NCBI GenBank assembly: GCA_963785235.1
Contig: CAWAUM010000013.1
Location: forward strand, 1 to 64,000
From: an uncultured delta proteobacterium
GTDB taxonomy: Bacteria; Desulfobacterota; Desulfomonilia; UBA1062
DNA: 64,000 nucleotides
Direction of reading: 5' to 3'
This document shows, piece by piece, positions 40,883 through 51,068 of this stretch (its first letter is position 1; every line of letters begins with the position of its first letter). The notes below the pieces were generated by a model. That model was given only the letters and a program-made list of their open reading frames with translations, searched no databases and had not been told where the DNA came from. The position numbers were made by a program, and so were the translations under genes.

Positions 40883-41293
40883 TTATACAATGCGTCTGTT
40901 CTCTTCCTGTTTCTCTCCACGCAGCGCAGAAAGGAAAAGAATTGTCCATATGAAATCTCCCAATCCTCCTAGAAAAGCAAAGGTTGTTATCTGTCTACGG
41001 AAATAAAGGCGGGCAAAAGTGAGAAAGATGATCACTTTGGCCAGGCATCCCATCCAGATGATGCCCTGGTTCTTGTCCGGATCTCGTGACACGAGGTAGT
41101 AACCCAAGCCAAAGACACCCACTGCCCCCCAGAAGAATGCAAAGAATGTCCGTGGCAGAATCCCCGTAATTATATTCTTGGATCCGGATATCAGCCACAT
41201 GGTGAGGCTGGGCATCACCAGGCCATTGAATGCGAAACCAAAATTCCATAGGGAACCCCAATAATAGATTTGCTTCCGAGTTCCAATCTTCAT
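40883..41293 (-). CDS. small 4-TM membrane protein (paralog of 38942..39334)
   Basis: GSLWN, FGLGYYLVSRD...NQGIIWMG..AK, GDFIWTILF. Confidence 0.8.
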   Translation of the reverse strand: MKIGTRKQIYYWGSLWNFGFAFNGLVMPSLTMWLISGSKNIITGILPRTFFAFFWGAVGVFGLGYYLVSRDPDKNQGIIWMGCLAKVIIFLTFARLYFRRQITTFAFLGGLGDFIWTILFLSALRGEKQEENRRIV

Positions 41294-41449
41294 GAGATCT
41301 ATCCCCCCTTATAATCTCCCTCAAAGGTGTTTTGAATAATAATTCCATATTATAGGATAATAAAACCAAGTATAAAGTTGTCAATTCATATTGTCTAATG
41401 AAATGATCAGGACAAAGAACATCAGTACGTCAAGTATAGATTTCGTGCT

Positions 41450-41533
41450 AAGGCCAATGGTTATTCAAAGAGCATAGATTTCTTTTATAATCATCGCAAA
41501 AGACGGGCATTGAAAATCATAGATTTCATGCCA
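41450..41533 (-). repeat. dispersed repeat family B, copy 1
   Basis: AAGGCCAATGGTTATTCAAAGAGCATAGATT...ATAATCATC...GGGCAT...ATAGATTTCATGCCA, similar to 48831-48916. Confidence 0.75.
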
Positions 41534-41652
41534 TACTTGGTGCTCAGAGCATGTAGCGTGAACACCATAGATTAGAAAATATTATCTCCGGCCCCTGCTA
41601 TGATCAAGATTCAATGGAGGTATACCCTCTTGAATGAATACCTGAGATCACT

Positions 41653-42471
41653 TCATCCCTCCGGCCCTTTATAGACACGGTTTATCTGAAAATCTATGAT
41701 TGCACGGTTGATCGATGGAAACCACCTACCTGTCATTTCAATGAACCTGGCTATGAATCCGGGTATTATAAGGAAACGATCTTTTTGTATGCCCTTAATT
41801 ACTTCATCTGCCACTACGTCAAGAGAGAGAACAGGGACAGTTTGCGTAACGACACGATTCTCTGTTGTACGATAGGTATTCAAATCATCCACCATGGGTG
41901 ATTCAAACTCACCAGGACATACAAGGTGGAACTTGATATTCAGGGGCTTGAGCTCCGCACGAAGGACATCGGTCAATCCGACGATAGCAAACTTGGAAGA
42001 ACAGTAAGCGGCATATCCAAACGTTCCGATCTTGCCTCCTAGGGAAGAGATATTTACTATTCTGCCCTGACCTTTCTTCCTGAAGATGGGTATTATAGCC
42101 TTGGTACAGTTCAGCACGCCGAAATAATTGATATCCATGACTTCCCGGAAGATCGATATAGGGAGCCTTTCAAAGTAACCTTCTCTGAGGATACCTGCGC
42201 TATTGATAAGGATATCCGGCAAGCCAAAAGTATCTGTAATGGTGTTTAGAGTCTTCTCTGTCGCGGTATAATCGGAAACATCACATGGGAATATCTCAAT
42301 TCTCTGACCGGCTATGCATATTGCGGATAACTCATCCTTGACCCTTGCCAGCTTATTCTTGTCCCTTGCGATGAGTGCAAGGTTAGCCCCACTCTTTACG
42401 AGTCGTTGAGCAAGGGCTCTTCCCAGTCCACTTGAGCCACCTGTAATGACAATAATCGAGTCCTTGAACAT
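41653..42471 (-). CDS. short-chain dehydrogenase/reductase, 3-ketodihydrosphingosine-reductase-like
   Basis: ITGGSSGLG, LINSAG, MDINYFG, FGYAAYCSSKFA. Confidence 0.85.
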   Translation of the reverse strand: MFKDSIIVITGGSSGLGRALAQRLVKSGANLALIARDKNKLARVKDELSAICIAGQRIEIFPCDVSDYTATEKTLNTITDTFGLPDILINSAGILREGYFERLPISIFREVMDINYFGVLNCTKAIIPIFRKKGQGRIVNISSLGGKIGTFGYAAYCSSKFAIVGLTDVLRAELKPLNIKFHLVCPGEFESPMVDDLNTYRTTENRVVTQTVPVLSLDVVADEVIKGIQKDRFLIIPGFIARFIEMTGRWFPSINRAIIDFQINRVYKGPEG

Positions 42472-42549
42472 AAAGGTCTCCCCTCTTGTGCTAAAGTTGT
42501 CATGAACCTATTTAAGATATGTTTTGCAACCCTTCCCATTTATTAAGAG

Positions 42550-43524
42550 TTATATCTTGCTACTGCTTCCGGCAACGGCAGGTACACCATAGGACTTCAT
42601 TACCTCAACGAGAGATAAGATATTTTCCTCCCATACCTTCCGTTCAGTAGTCTGGACCCCAACCATCCCATAACCCAACCCAAGAGATTCATATTTTTCA
42701 ACACCCAATTGACGGTATGGAAGAAGCTGAACTTGAGTTACCCGGTTGTCCAGTTTGTCCCTGATGAATCCAGCTGTTGCTTCGATATTCTCCCTACTGT
42801 CATTGTGACCCGGAACTATGGGTATACGGATAATAAGCGGCTTGCCCTTCTTGGCGATGCTCAGGATATTTTTCAGAATACATACATTGTCCACACCGGT
42901 GTACTCCTTGTGTTTCCCGGGATCCATATGCTTGATATCGGTAATTATGAGATCTGCATAGGGAGCCACCTTAGCCAAAATGCCTGGATGAATAGCAAGT
43001 TCTGTTTCCATACACGTATGAATACCGTGTCTTTTACATTCTTTGAGTATCGCCCGGGTAAATTTCCATTGTATCAGCGGATCGCCTCCCGACAGGGTAA
43101 CCCCTCCACCGGAGTTTTCATAGAACTCGATGTCCGACATCACTACGTCAATGATATCATCAACGGAATATGTTTTTCCCCAGACCATGAGGGCATTCGC
43201 CGGGCAGACATCTGTGCATTTCAGGCAATCTGTACAGATATCCCGGTTGATCCCGGAAATTTTTCCTTCCTGTATCGAAAAGATCTGTTCATTTCCAAGA
43301 GGACAAGAGGAAAGACATTGGCCACATACTTCGATGCCGATGCAACGTGAAGCATACACACCTACTTGTGGATAGGCCTTCAAACTCTCCGGATTGCTGC
43401 ACCATTTGCAATGGAGTGGACATCCTTTGAGAAATATCTCTGTTCTGATACCAGGACCATCGTGGATGGTAAATCTTTGGATGTTAAAAACATAACCCTT
43501 GATGCGATTCTTGCTGGTCCCCAT
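42550..43524 (-). CDS. glycyl-radical enzyme activating protein (radical SAM + ferredoxin insert)
   Basis: IQRFTIHDGPGIRT..FLKGCPLHCKWCSNPES, extra CxxC-rich motifs, GGGVTLSGGDP. Confidence 0.95.
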   Translation of the reverse strand: MGTSKNRIKGYVFNIQRFTIHDGPGIRTEIFLKGCPLHCKWCSNPESLKAYPQVGVYASRCIGIEVCGQCLSSCPLGNEQIFSIQEGKISGINRDICTDCLKCTDVCPANALMVWGKTYSVDDIIDVVMSDIEFYENSGGGVTLSGGDPLIQWKFTRAILKECKRHGIHTCMETELAIHPGILAKVAPYADLIITDIKHMDPGKHKEYTGVDNVCILKNILSIAKKGKPLIIRIPIVPGHNDSRENIEATAGFIRDKLDNRVTQVQLLPYRQLGVEKYESLGLGYGMVGVQTTERKVWEENILSLVEVMKSYGVPAVAGSSSKI

Positions 43525-43627
43525 CCTGTTAACCTCTCTTGCAAACTGGTCCTATAAGTGATCCTGACATTCACTTGAGGCTGCTGCAGTTTGTTCAACC
43601 ACAGCCTCAAGTGATATGTCTGCGGAT

Positions 43628-46179
43628 TTATTCAAAGGAGAGTTCAGTCCTCCCCATAATGTCATACTGCAGCGGTTTGCTCAGTTCTACAAAGTAAGCA
43701 CTGTAGCCTGCTACTCTTACCAGCAAGTGTTTATATTGATCAGGATTTGCTAGTGCGCATTCCATGGTTTCCCTGCTTATTATATTGAACTGGCTGTGCA
43801 TCCCTTTTCTGTTGAAATAGACATCGAGAAGTGAAATCAGGTTGTCACGGCCTGATTCCCCAGCCACGCAGGTGGGGGTGAACTTCCAGTTGAGCAAGGT
43901 CCCATTTCCTGCTCGTATATGATCAAGCTTAGTGACTGATTTCGCCATAGCGCTTGGCCCTTTGATGTCATGTGATCCGGCCCATGTATGGACAGGCCCA
44001 AGACAATCGGAAACTGGCTCAAGCGCCTTTCTACCGTCGGGAGAAGCCCACTGTACAAGACCCATTGCGACATTGCATGAGACCGAATACACCCCGGGAA
44101 CATACTTACCGCCACGGGCATTGGGCCTGTCTTCGACGTGTTTGCAATAGGTATCGTATCCGAATTTTGCAAGTTCATCTGCATAGTCGTCATCGTTACC
44201 GTAGTGGTGCACTTTATCGCTGTTCACAAGAGCATACAGAGCCTCATGCCCGACCCAGTTGTCCTCGATGGCTTTGAGCAGCTTATCAGCTGTGATTTTC
44301 TTCTCCTCAAATACAAGTTGCTTGATGGTAGCAAAACCATCTGCTACGGTTCCAACCCCTACAGCCTGGGGACCGGTAAAATTGTAATGGGCTCCACCGG
44401 CTGACACATCTATGCCCTTCTCCGTACAATCATCAATGAGTGTAGACAAGTATGGGAGGGGCTTGAGGCGCTGGTGAACACGATCCATGATCTCTATGCC
44501 TTCAACCATCAGATCGACCCAGTATTTCATCTGCTTGTCATACGCATCAAGCACCTGGTCGAAGGATGTAAAATCAGTCAGGCTTCCTGTTGAAGGACCA
44601 ATCTTCTTCCCGATGCCGCCACAGACATCCCATCTGGGGCAATGCTGTCCGCACCCGATGCAACGGCCGTCGTTGATGGCCAGCTCCAAAATCTTTGATG
44701 TGCTGAAATAGGCTGCGTCATGCCAGCCGTACTCCTTCCCCCCAGCATCAATTTCCACGCACCCGACCACATGGTAATTCCGGGAGTCTTCCAGTGTTCT
44801 CCCAGAACGAAGAGATGCAGGTATAGCAGCCTGATCGTTAAACACCTTGGGCTGGCCGGTACCGATGCGAATAACGTTTGCTGTCTTGATTTTCAGCTCC
44901 CGGGGTGTTTTTTCATGCCACCTGACAGCAAACCATGGGACTCCAAGCCGGGTATGAGCATGTGCATCGAGTAACATGAATGTCAGATCATTTGTGGCAT
45001 CGTTTCCCTCTGAGTCAACACCACCGACCGTCAATGTATCTCCGCCCATACCTCTACCCGAGTTCGGTATCACTGTCAGACGGTCTCTAAGCTTGGTCCA
45101 CCAGATATGCTTGATGAAGTAGATCTCAAGGAGTTCCTGGATCGTCTCTTTTGTGGCATATCCACTTTCTATGTCTTTTTGATAAAAGGGGTATAAGTAT
45201 TGATCAATTCTTCCTATGGAGACTGAGTGGCCATTAGACTCGATCAGTACAATCGTGGTAGCAATGAACATGAGTTGGAGCGCCTCCCAGATAGAACGTG
45301 GAGGACTTTCCGACACCCAGTCACAGTTCGAGGCTACCTGCTCCAGGTCTTTTCTGCGTAGAATGTTTTTCTCTTTCCGTGCCATCTCCCTGGCAAGAGA
45401 CGCATATCGTCTCAGATAATTGGATGCTGCTTCAAGGGAGATCAACTCGGCCTGGTAGAATTCCTTCTTCCTGAGATCCTCGTTATGTGACCCTGCCAAC
45501 GCACCCATCTTCTCAATCACTTGCTTCTTGATGCCGCCGAAGCCAAGGGCGAAAAGTTTTTCGAAATTCGGCTGTAGATGGCCTATACCACCATACATGT
45601 AGAGGTTCAGAAGATAAATCCCCCGCCCCACGTGTGTTCCTTTTTCTGGTCCTCAGACATTTCGGCGAGGATAGCCTCCTCAATTGTTTTCCCCTTCCAG
45701 AACTCTTCTATCTCTTTGAGCTTCTTTGTCGACTTCTTCTGCGTATAATATTTATCATGCAAACGCTTGTTCAGAGGATGATTCTTTATCTCGTCCATGA
45801 CCCACGCATAGGAATGTTCAGGGAAAATCGGGGCGGATTTAATGGGTGCTGCCATCTCACCCACAATGAGCTCATCCTCTGTGATGCTAATGTTTACATT
45901 TTTGAGCACATGAGCTAGAGCCAAAGCGCACTTCATTATTTGGGGCTCGTCCACATACTTCCTGTATGCCTCGGTCACAAGGCACGCTCTCTGGTCGTCC
46001 ACTGTAAATTCCTGCGCATGGACATATGATAGGAAACGGTTGACCCTGGGAAAGGGAGAGGGGTTCTCGTCCATTCCAGACAGGGCGATGGGCCACTCCT
46101 TGTCATAAGGGATCAAGCCTATTGGTTTTGATTTTACAGTACCGGCTTTCTCCGGGGTCTGTACTTTTTCTGTGATCAT
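43628..46179 (-). CDS. glycyl radical enzyme (non-PFL, GCVE type; frameshift near 45620)
   Basis: DELIVG, ESNGHSVSIGRIDQY, VGCVE Cys loop, NGTLLN.KF, QFN, LLVRVAGYSAYF; ~850 codons in total. Confidence 0.93.
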
Positions 46180-46283
46180 GGTATGCCTCCTGTATTCTGA
46201 TTGTCTGATTTATCTGTGAGATTGTCCTGATACGTACAATTCAGCTGGATTAAGTCTCTGCCTACTCGATTTCAGCATAATGT

Positions 46284-46646
46284 TCACTGTGCCATCATTT
46301 TCGACAGGGCTGCGGAAAACCACATAAATTCCTTGAAATTGCCCTCGATGATTAGCTTCTTCTCAGTGAGCGCAGCCAGTGAAGCCTCATCATTTTTACA
46401 GGTCATCACCTTGAAACCTGTGTCAGCATCACACCAGACCATGGCTACATCGCTTTTCTCACGATTTCCAGGACTTGAAGAGATGCTTCCTTTGTTGAAC
46501 ACATAGACACGCCCTTGGTCGCTCTTCGTGGTTTTAATTGCGACCTTGAGTTTCTTGTTCTGGATGTACTCCCTGAAAGCCTTGTTCTTCTTCGCAGCCC
46601 ATTTCAACTTACCGTACAGTATAAGGAGTAAAAGCTTGAATTTCAT
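46284..46646 (-). CDS. SCP2 sterol/lipid-carrier-like small protein
   Basis: ~120 aa, ..F.KG.ISS.PG...DVAM...DADT...ALTEKKLIIEGN...MWF pattern typical of the SCP2 fold. Confidence 0.65.
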   Translation of the reverse strand: MKFKLLLLILYGKLKWAAKKNKAFREYIQNKKLKVAIKTTKSDQGRVYVFNKGSISSSPGNREKSDVAMVWCDADTGFKVMTCKNDEASLAALTEKKLIIEGNFKEFMWFSAALSKMMAQ

Positions 46647-46685
46647 AAGACACCCCCTTTTTTTCTTGAAACGTATAAGAATCAT

Positions 46686-46701
46686 TACAATATGCATACC
46701 A
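46686..46701 (-). promoter_or_regulatory. possible sigma54 promoter of the GRE operon
   Basis: Minus strand TGGTATGCATATTGTA (GG-N10-GT, imperfect), next to a bEBP gene. Confidence 0.4.
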
Positions 46702-46841
46702 GGTGTTCTGGACGTAGGTGGTAACTGTTTATTATCTTGATATACCTAACATTATTACGTTTAGATGGGTTGAATCTTATTTTTTGAAAAAAGAATAAAC
46801 AACCATATTTGGTGGTTCTACTAAATATAGTTAAAAATGAT

Positions 46842-48452
46842 CTATGTATCCGATGATGACCTTCGCTGAATAGATATTCCAAGCTTCCGCATACGGCCTC
46901 TCAGTGTGTTCGGGTGTAATCCGAGAAGGGTTGCAGCTCCCTTTGCGCCATCGATTCTCCAATCTGTTTTTTCGAGAATCTTGAGGATATGGCGTCTTTC
47001 AATTTCAGAGAGATTCGTGATGGACGGTTCTTCATTAGAGCATGACCCTGGATCTTCGAGCTTTTCACTAAGATGGAGGGTATTACCACTGGTGATGATA
47101 ATGGCACGCTCGATTACATGCTCCAGTTCCCTCACATTACCTGGCCACGTGTAAGATCTCAGTCCCGTCATCGTCTGCTTAGGAATGCTATTGATCTCTT
47201 TGCGCATCTTCCTGGCGAATTTCATTACAAAATGCTCGACCAGGAGAGGAATATCCTCTTTCCGCTCTCTCAAGGAAGGAATGGTGATGGGAAAAACATT
47301 CAGGCGATAGTAAAGGTCTTGGCGGAAGCGCCCTTTCGATGCCTCTTCTTTGAGATTCCTGCTCGTAAGGGCAATGATACGTACATCAACCTTAATGGTT
47401 TTAGGACTGCCAAGTCGTTCGAACTCTCCATCCTGTATAGCTCTTAGGAGCTTAGCCTGCAACTCCAGGGGAAGCTCTGCAATCTCATCAAGAATTATCG
47501 TACCTTTATCAGCAAGCTCGAAACGTCCAATTTGTCTGCTGGAAGAGCCTGTGAATGCACCTTTTTCCCTTCCAAACAACTCGCTTTCAATTAAATTGGG
47601 AGGAAGGGCTGCACAGTTCACGATCACCAATGGGTGATTCTTCCTGGGGCTAAGGTCGTGAATCGCACTAGCGATCATTCCTTTTCCTGTTCCCGTTTCA
47701 CCAAGCACGAGTACTACTGAATCAGTGGGAGCTACCTGCTCCATCCGGAAAAAAACATGTCTAATCGTAATACTCTGCCCGACGATATTATGATATGCGC
47801 GCTCATTTTCAGTCTCTTGGCGTAGGTTTATCTTCTCTATATGGCCCTGTTTGCTGAAGCTCTGCATCTCTTGTAGGGCTGATTCATACTTTTCTTCCAT
47901 TTTCTTGCGGTGCAATGCACTGGTGATTATCTCTCCGGCGAGCTTTAGCCTGGGAATGAGCTCAGCCGGGAAATGTCTTTCCTGTCTCATACATGCAAAG
48001 GACAGCCCGCAGATGGGCTTGCCAGCAACCCTATATGGAATGACAATAACTGATTTCTCACCTATTGCCCGGGAAGACTCTTTGTCCACCGATGCTTCTT
48101 CTGGTAATTCTTCATGTCGGCTGAAGCATACAGTCTCATCATTTAATGCCTTCTTAAAAAGCCATGGGAAGTGTTCGGTGGTGATACTGGGAGGAAAGTT
48201 CTTGAACCCAGGGACAGTGTATTGGTGTGTCCACCGTGCCTCAGTCTGGTTTTCCGACAACTCCCAAAAGGTGCAGCGGTCTAAATCGAGACATTTAGCA
48301 ATTCGCTTCAATCCCCATTCAATCTCCTCATCGACCTCACTGGCAGGGGTGTTGGCGAACTGGGTTGAAATCTCTGATAGTAATTTATCGAGTTCGAGAG
48401 ACTGCTTCGGGCTTATGCCCATTAATGAAGATGTCGAAGCTTTATTCTTCAT
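46842..48452 (-). CDS. sigma54-dependent activator (GAF + AAA+ + Fis HTH; FhlA/NifA-like)
   Basis: GETGTGK, ESELFG.EKGAFTG, LDEI, QAKLLR, DLYYRLNVFPI, WPGNVRELE. Confidence 0.95.
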   Translation of the reverse strand: MKNKASTSSLMGISPKQSLELDKLLSEISTQFANTPASEVDEEIEWGLKRIAKCLDLDRCTFWELSENQTEARWTHQYTVPGFKNFPPSITTEHFPWLFKKALNDETVCFSRHEELPEEASVDKESSRAIGEKSVIVIPYRVAGKPICGLSFACMRQERHFPAELIPRLKLAGEIITSALHRKKMEEKYESALQEMQSFSKQGHIEKINLRQETENERAYHNIVGQSITIRHVFFRMEQVAPTDSVVLVLGETGTGKGMIASAIHDLSPRKNHPLVIVNCAALPPNLIESELFGREKGAFTGSSSRQIGRFELADKGTIILDEIAELPLELQAKLLRAIQDGEFERLGSPKTIKVDVRIIALTSRNLKEEASKGRFRQDLYYRLNVFPITIPSLRERKEDIPLLVEHFVMKFARKMRKEINSIPKQTMTGLRSYTWPGNVRELEHVIERAIIITSGNTLHLSEKLEDPGSCSNEEPSITNLSEIERRHILKILEKTDWRIDGAKGAATLLGLHPNTLRGRMRKLGISIQRRSSSDT

Positions 48453-48830
48453 ATTGGGGCCTTGAGAACATGCTCCATGATATGTAGAGTACTTTCTTCA
48501 CTTCTTTGTTATATCACTCTTATGCCTGATATAGAACATTTGTAAGATAAAACCACTAGAACATTTCAATGCAGGCTTCAAGAAAACAAGTTCACATGTC
48601 TTAATAATACATCTAACAGACTAATATTAAACATGTTATATTTCCCCTATATCTGTATAGATAAAGCTATTGTGATTAGATTGTGCAAAGATAAAAAGAT
48701 TACATCAGGAGATCTCACTTCAACAGGCTAACTCATGTATGAAATTATTCAGGGGCATCTGATTCAATCCAAAGTATAGATTTCTGCAAAAATGATCGGT
48801 TTCACAAGACCTGAAAAACTAAGGATTGAA

Positions 48831-48916
48831 CCAAGGCCAAAGGTTATTCCAGAGCATAGATTACTATTCATAATCATCAGAAATGAGGGGCATGGAAGAG
48901 TATAGATAACATGCCA
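48831..48916 (-). repeat. dispersed repeat family B, copy 2
   Basis: CCAAGGCCAAAGGTTATTCCAGAGCATAGATT...ATAATCATC...GGGGCATG...ATAGATAACATGCCA. Confidence 0.75.
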
Positions 48917-49147
48917 GTTCACACGGTTTCTGATTATTGAGTGTTTCTATCCATAATCAACGCTTTACCCAAAGTGAACATAACTGCGATAACTCATCGT
49001 TCTTCATTTTTACAGACTAACCATAGATCTCTGTTCAAAACTTACTACTCTCCTCTGATCAAGGGAGAGGGTTTTCCACCCGTACTTTTTGAAGCTTGCT
49101 TGGATTTATAAAGCCTATGGTTCGGAACGGACAACCACCCGGCTTCC

Positions 49148-49750
49148 CTATTCTTCCCGCCTGCGCATCCGGGTAACAAAACGCTCCCACCTGGGCGGAC
49201 CGGGAAGGCGGTGGGGGGTTACGGCCTCGCTGACAAAACGCACGTCCTCCACAGAATAGAAGGCCTGGGGGTTGTGCTGCTTGATTATGTCAACGATGTG
49301 TTCGATATTGCTGCGCTCCACAATGGAGAAAATGACCTTCACCGGTCCGGTGACACCTTCGGCATCGATGATGGTCAGCCCGTATCCTGCAGACCTGAGA
49401 TAGGTGATGAGGTCATCCGAATCCCTACGGGTGATGATGCGGATGATCACCTTTCCGATGGAAAGTTTGTTTTCTATGATGACTCCTACAAAATTCCCAG
49501 TGGCAAATCCTGCCGCATAGGTCACGAAACATACGGGATTTCCCATGTGCTGAAAGATCTGGCGTATGACCATGAGCCAGATGAGCACCTCGAAGAATCC
49601 GATAATAGACGCATAGTACCTGAGATTTCTGTTGATGAAGATAATGCGGACCGTATCCAGGCTTACGTCCATAACGCGGGCAAAGAAGATGAGTAAAGGC
49701 AGTATAAACCATGTGTACATCATAGAGTCGAAGAATGCCGGCATAGCCAT
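49148..49750 (-). CDS. UPF0316/DUF2179 family membrane protein
   Basis: IFFARVMDVSL.TVR, GFFEVLIW, YAAGFATGNFVG, GYGLT.IDAEG, AFYSVEDVR. Confidence 0.88.
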   Translation of the reverse strand: MAMPAFFDSMMYTWFILPLLIFFARVMDVSLDTVRIIFINRNLRYYASIIGFFEVLIWLMVIRQIFQHMGNPVCFVTYAAGFATGNFVGVIIENKLSIGKVIIRIITRRDSDDLITYLRSAGYGLTIIDAEGVTGPVKVIFSIVERSNIEHIVDIIKQHNPQAFYSVEDVRFVSEAVTPHRLPGPPRWERFVTRMRRREE

Positions 49751-49980
49751 TTCCCTCTCAGCTCGATACCTGTCAGCTCTAAGAAAACTTTTGCCTCATG
49801 CGGCCTGTGATAAGAATGTATCACTTATTGTGGAGAATGGGAACACCCCCTAAGATTTACAAAATATTGCAAAACAACTCGCAGGGTGATAAGATTATTG
49901 AGATGCTTCTCCTGGAAGCGAGAGACTTTCTTGCGGGTGGCATAGGGAAATGTACCCATGACAGTTCATTGGAGGTTTAC

Positions 49981-50949
49981 ATGGCAAAACGTTCATTCCG
50001 GATTGCCGGATGGCTCCTGATTCTTTCAAGCTTTGTGTTCCTGTCCGGTTGTGCACACAAGGCGCCGATCGAGCAACCCACGGGTTCCTATTTGGAGGAT
50101 ATTTATGCAACTGCCAATACGAACCCCGATGTGGAAATGTTCAACTCGGCCATGCCCCCATACCTCCAGTACATGGACAATCTCATCCTGCCTGTTTCTC
50201 CTGATTTACTATACTACAGGTTATCCGGGGCATATTACGGGTATGCCTTCTGCTTCGTTGAGGACACCGACAAGAAGGAGGCAAGTTCCCTTTACCTCAA
50301 GGGACGAGATTATGCCCTGACCGAGCTAAAACGTTACAGGATCTTCTTTACCGCCATGACCTATGAAAGCACTATCCTGGAATTCAAAGCGTCCCTGCCT
50401 GCCAGTTTCGACAAGAAGCACATTCAAGGCCTCTACTGGGCTGCCATGAACTGGGCCGGATGGGTGAACCTCAACCTTGCTACGCCGGAAGCCCTGGCAG
50501 ACATACCCAAGGTGGAGGCCATGCTTGAGTTTGTCATTCTGCTCGATGGGTCGTATAACAGCGGCAGCGCATATGCGGCACTTGGCGCCCTGCATGCAAG
50601 CCGGACCAAAGAACAAGGCGGAAACCCCGAGAGGGCCAAGGATGAGTTCGACGCTGCCTTCACCTACTCCGGCAACAGCATCCTTCTTTTCCATGTCATG
50701 TATGCCCAGTACTATGCCATCCAGATCCAGGACAAGGAGCTGTTCAGGAAGACGCTGACGACAGTCCTTGAAACACCTGCAAACACCTACCCGGACAAGA
50801 CCTTTATGAACGAAGTGGCCAGGAAAAAGGCAAAGGTGCTCCTGGATAACATTGATAAGTATTTCAAACCGGTTGAAATAAAAAAGCCGGCTGAAATACA
50901 GAAGACTGAAGAATCCGTGACTACTCCCCAGCCGAGCGAAACAAAGTGA
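49981..50949 (+). CDS. TatT-family (TPAT/TRAP T-component) lipoprotein
   Basis: Lipobox LSGC, YYGYAF.FVE, LYLKGRDYA, LYWAAM.W, GGNPERAK..F, YAQYYA, N.VA..KA..LL. Confidence 0.78.
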   Translation: MAKRSFRIAGWLLILSSFVFLSGCAHKAPIEQPTGSYLEDIYATANTNPDVEMFNSAMPPYLQYMDNLILPVSPDLLYYRLSGAYYGYAFCFVEDTDKKEASSLYLKGRDYALTELKRYRIFFTAMTYESTILEFKASLPASFDKKHIQGLYWAAMNWAGWVNLNLATPEALADIPKVEAMLEFVILLDGSYNSGSAYAALGALHASRTKEQGGNPERAKDEFDAAFTYSGNSILLFHVMYAQYYAIQIQDKELFRKTLTTVLETPANTYPDKTFMNEVARKKAKVLLDNIDKYFKPVEIKKPAEIQKTEESVTTPQPSETK

Positions 50950-51068
50950 ACCCCAATACAAGGCCGGCTGAACCGGGCTTAATAACTATCTGTCATCCCC
51001 GCCTTAGCGGGGGTGACAGATCTTTATTCAGCTTTACAATTCCCTCGGCCTATAATGACCTGATCAGC

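Noticed and set aside
43628-46179. Pyruvate formate-lyase call, or two separate genes
   Set aside because: It has a single-Cys GCVE loop rather than PFL's CC. The two ORFs overlap at a G/C run and join into one GRE-length protein.
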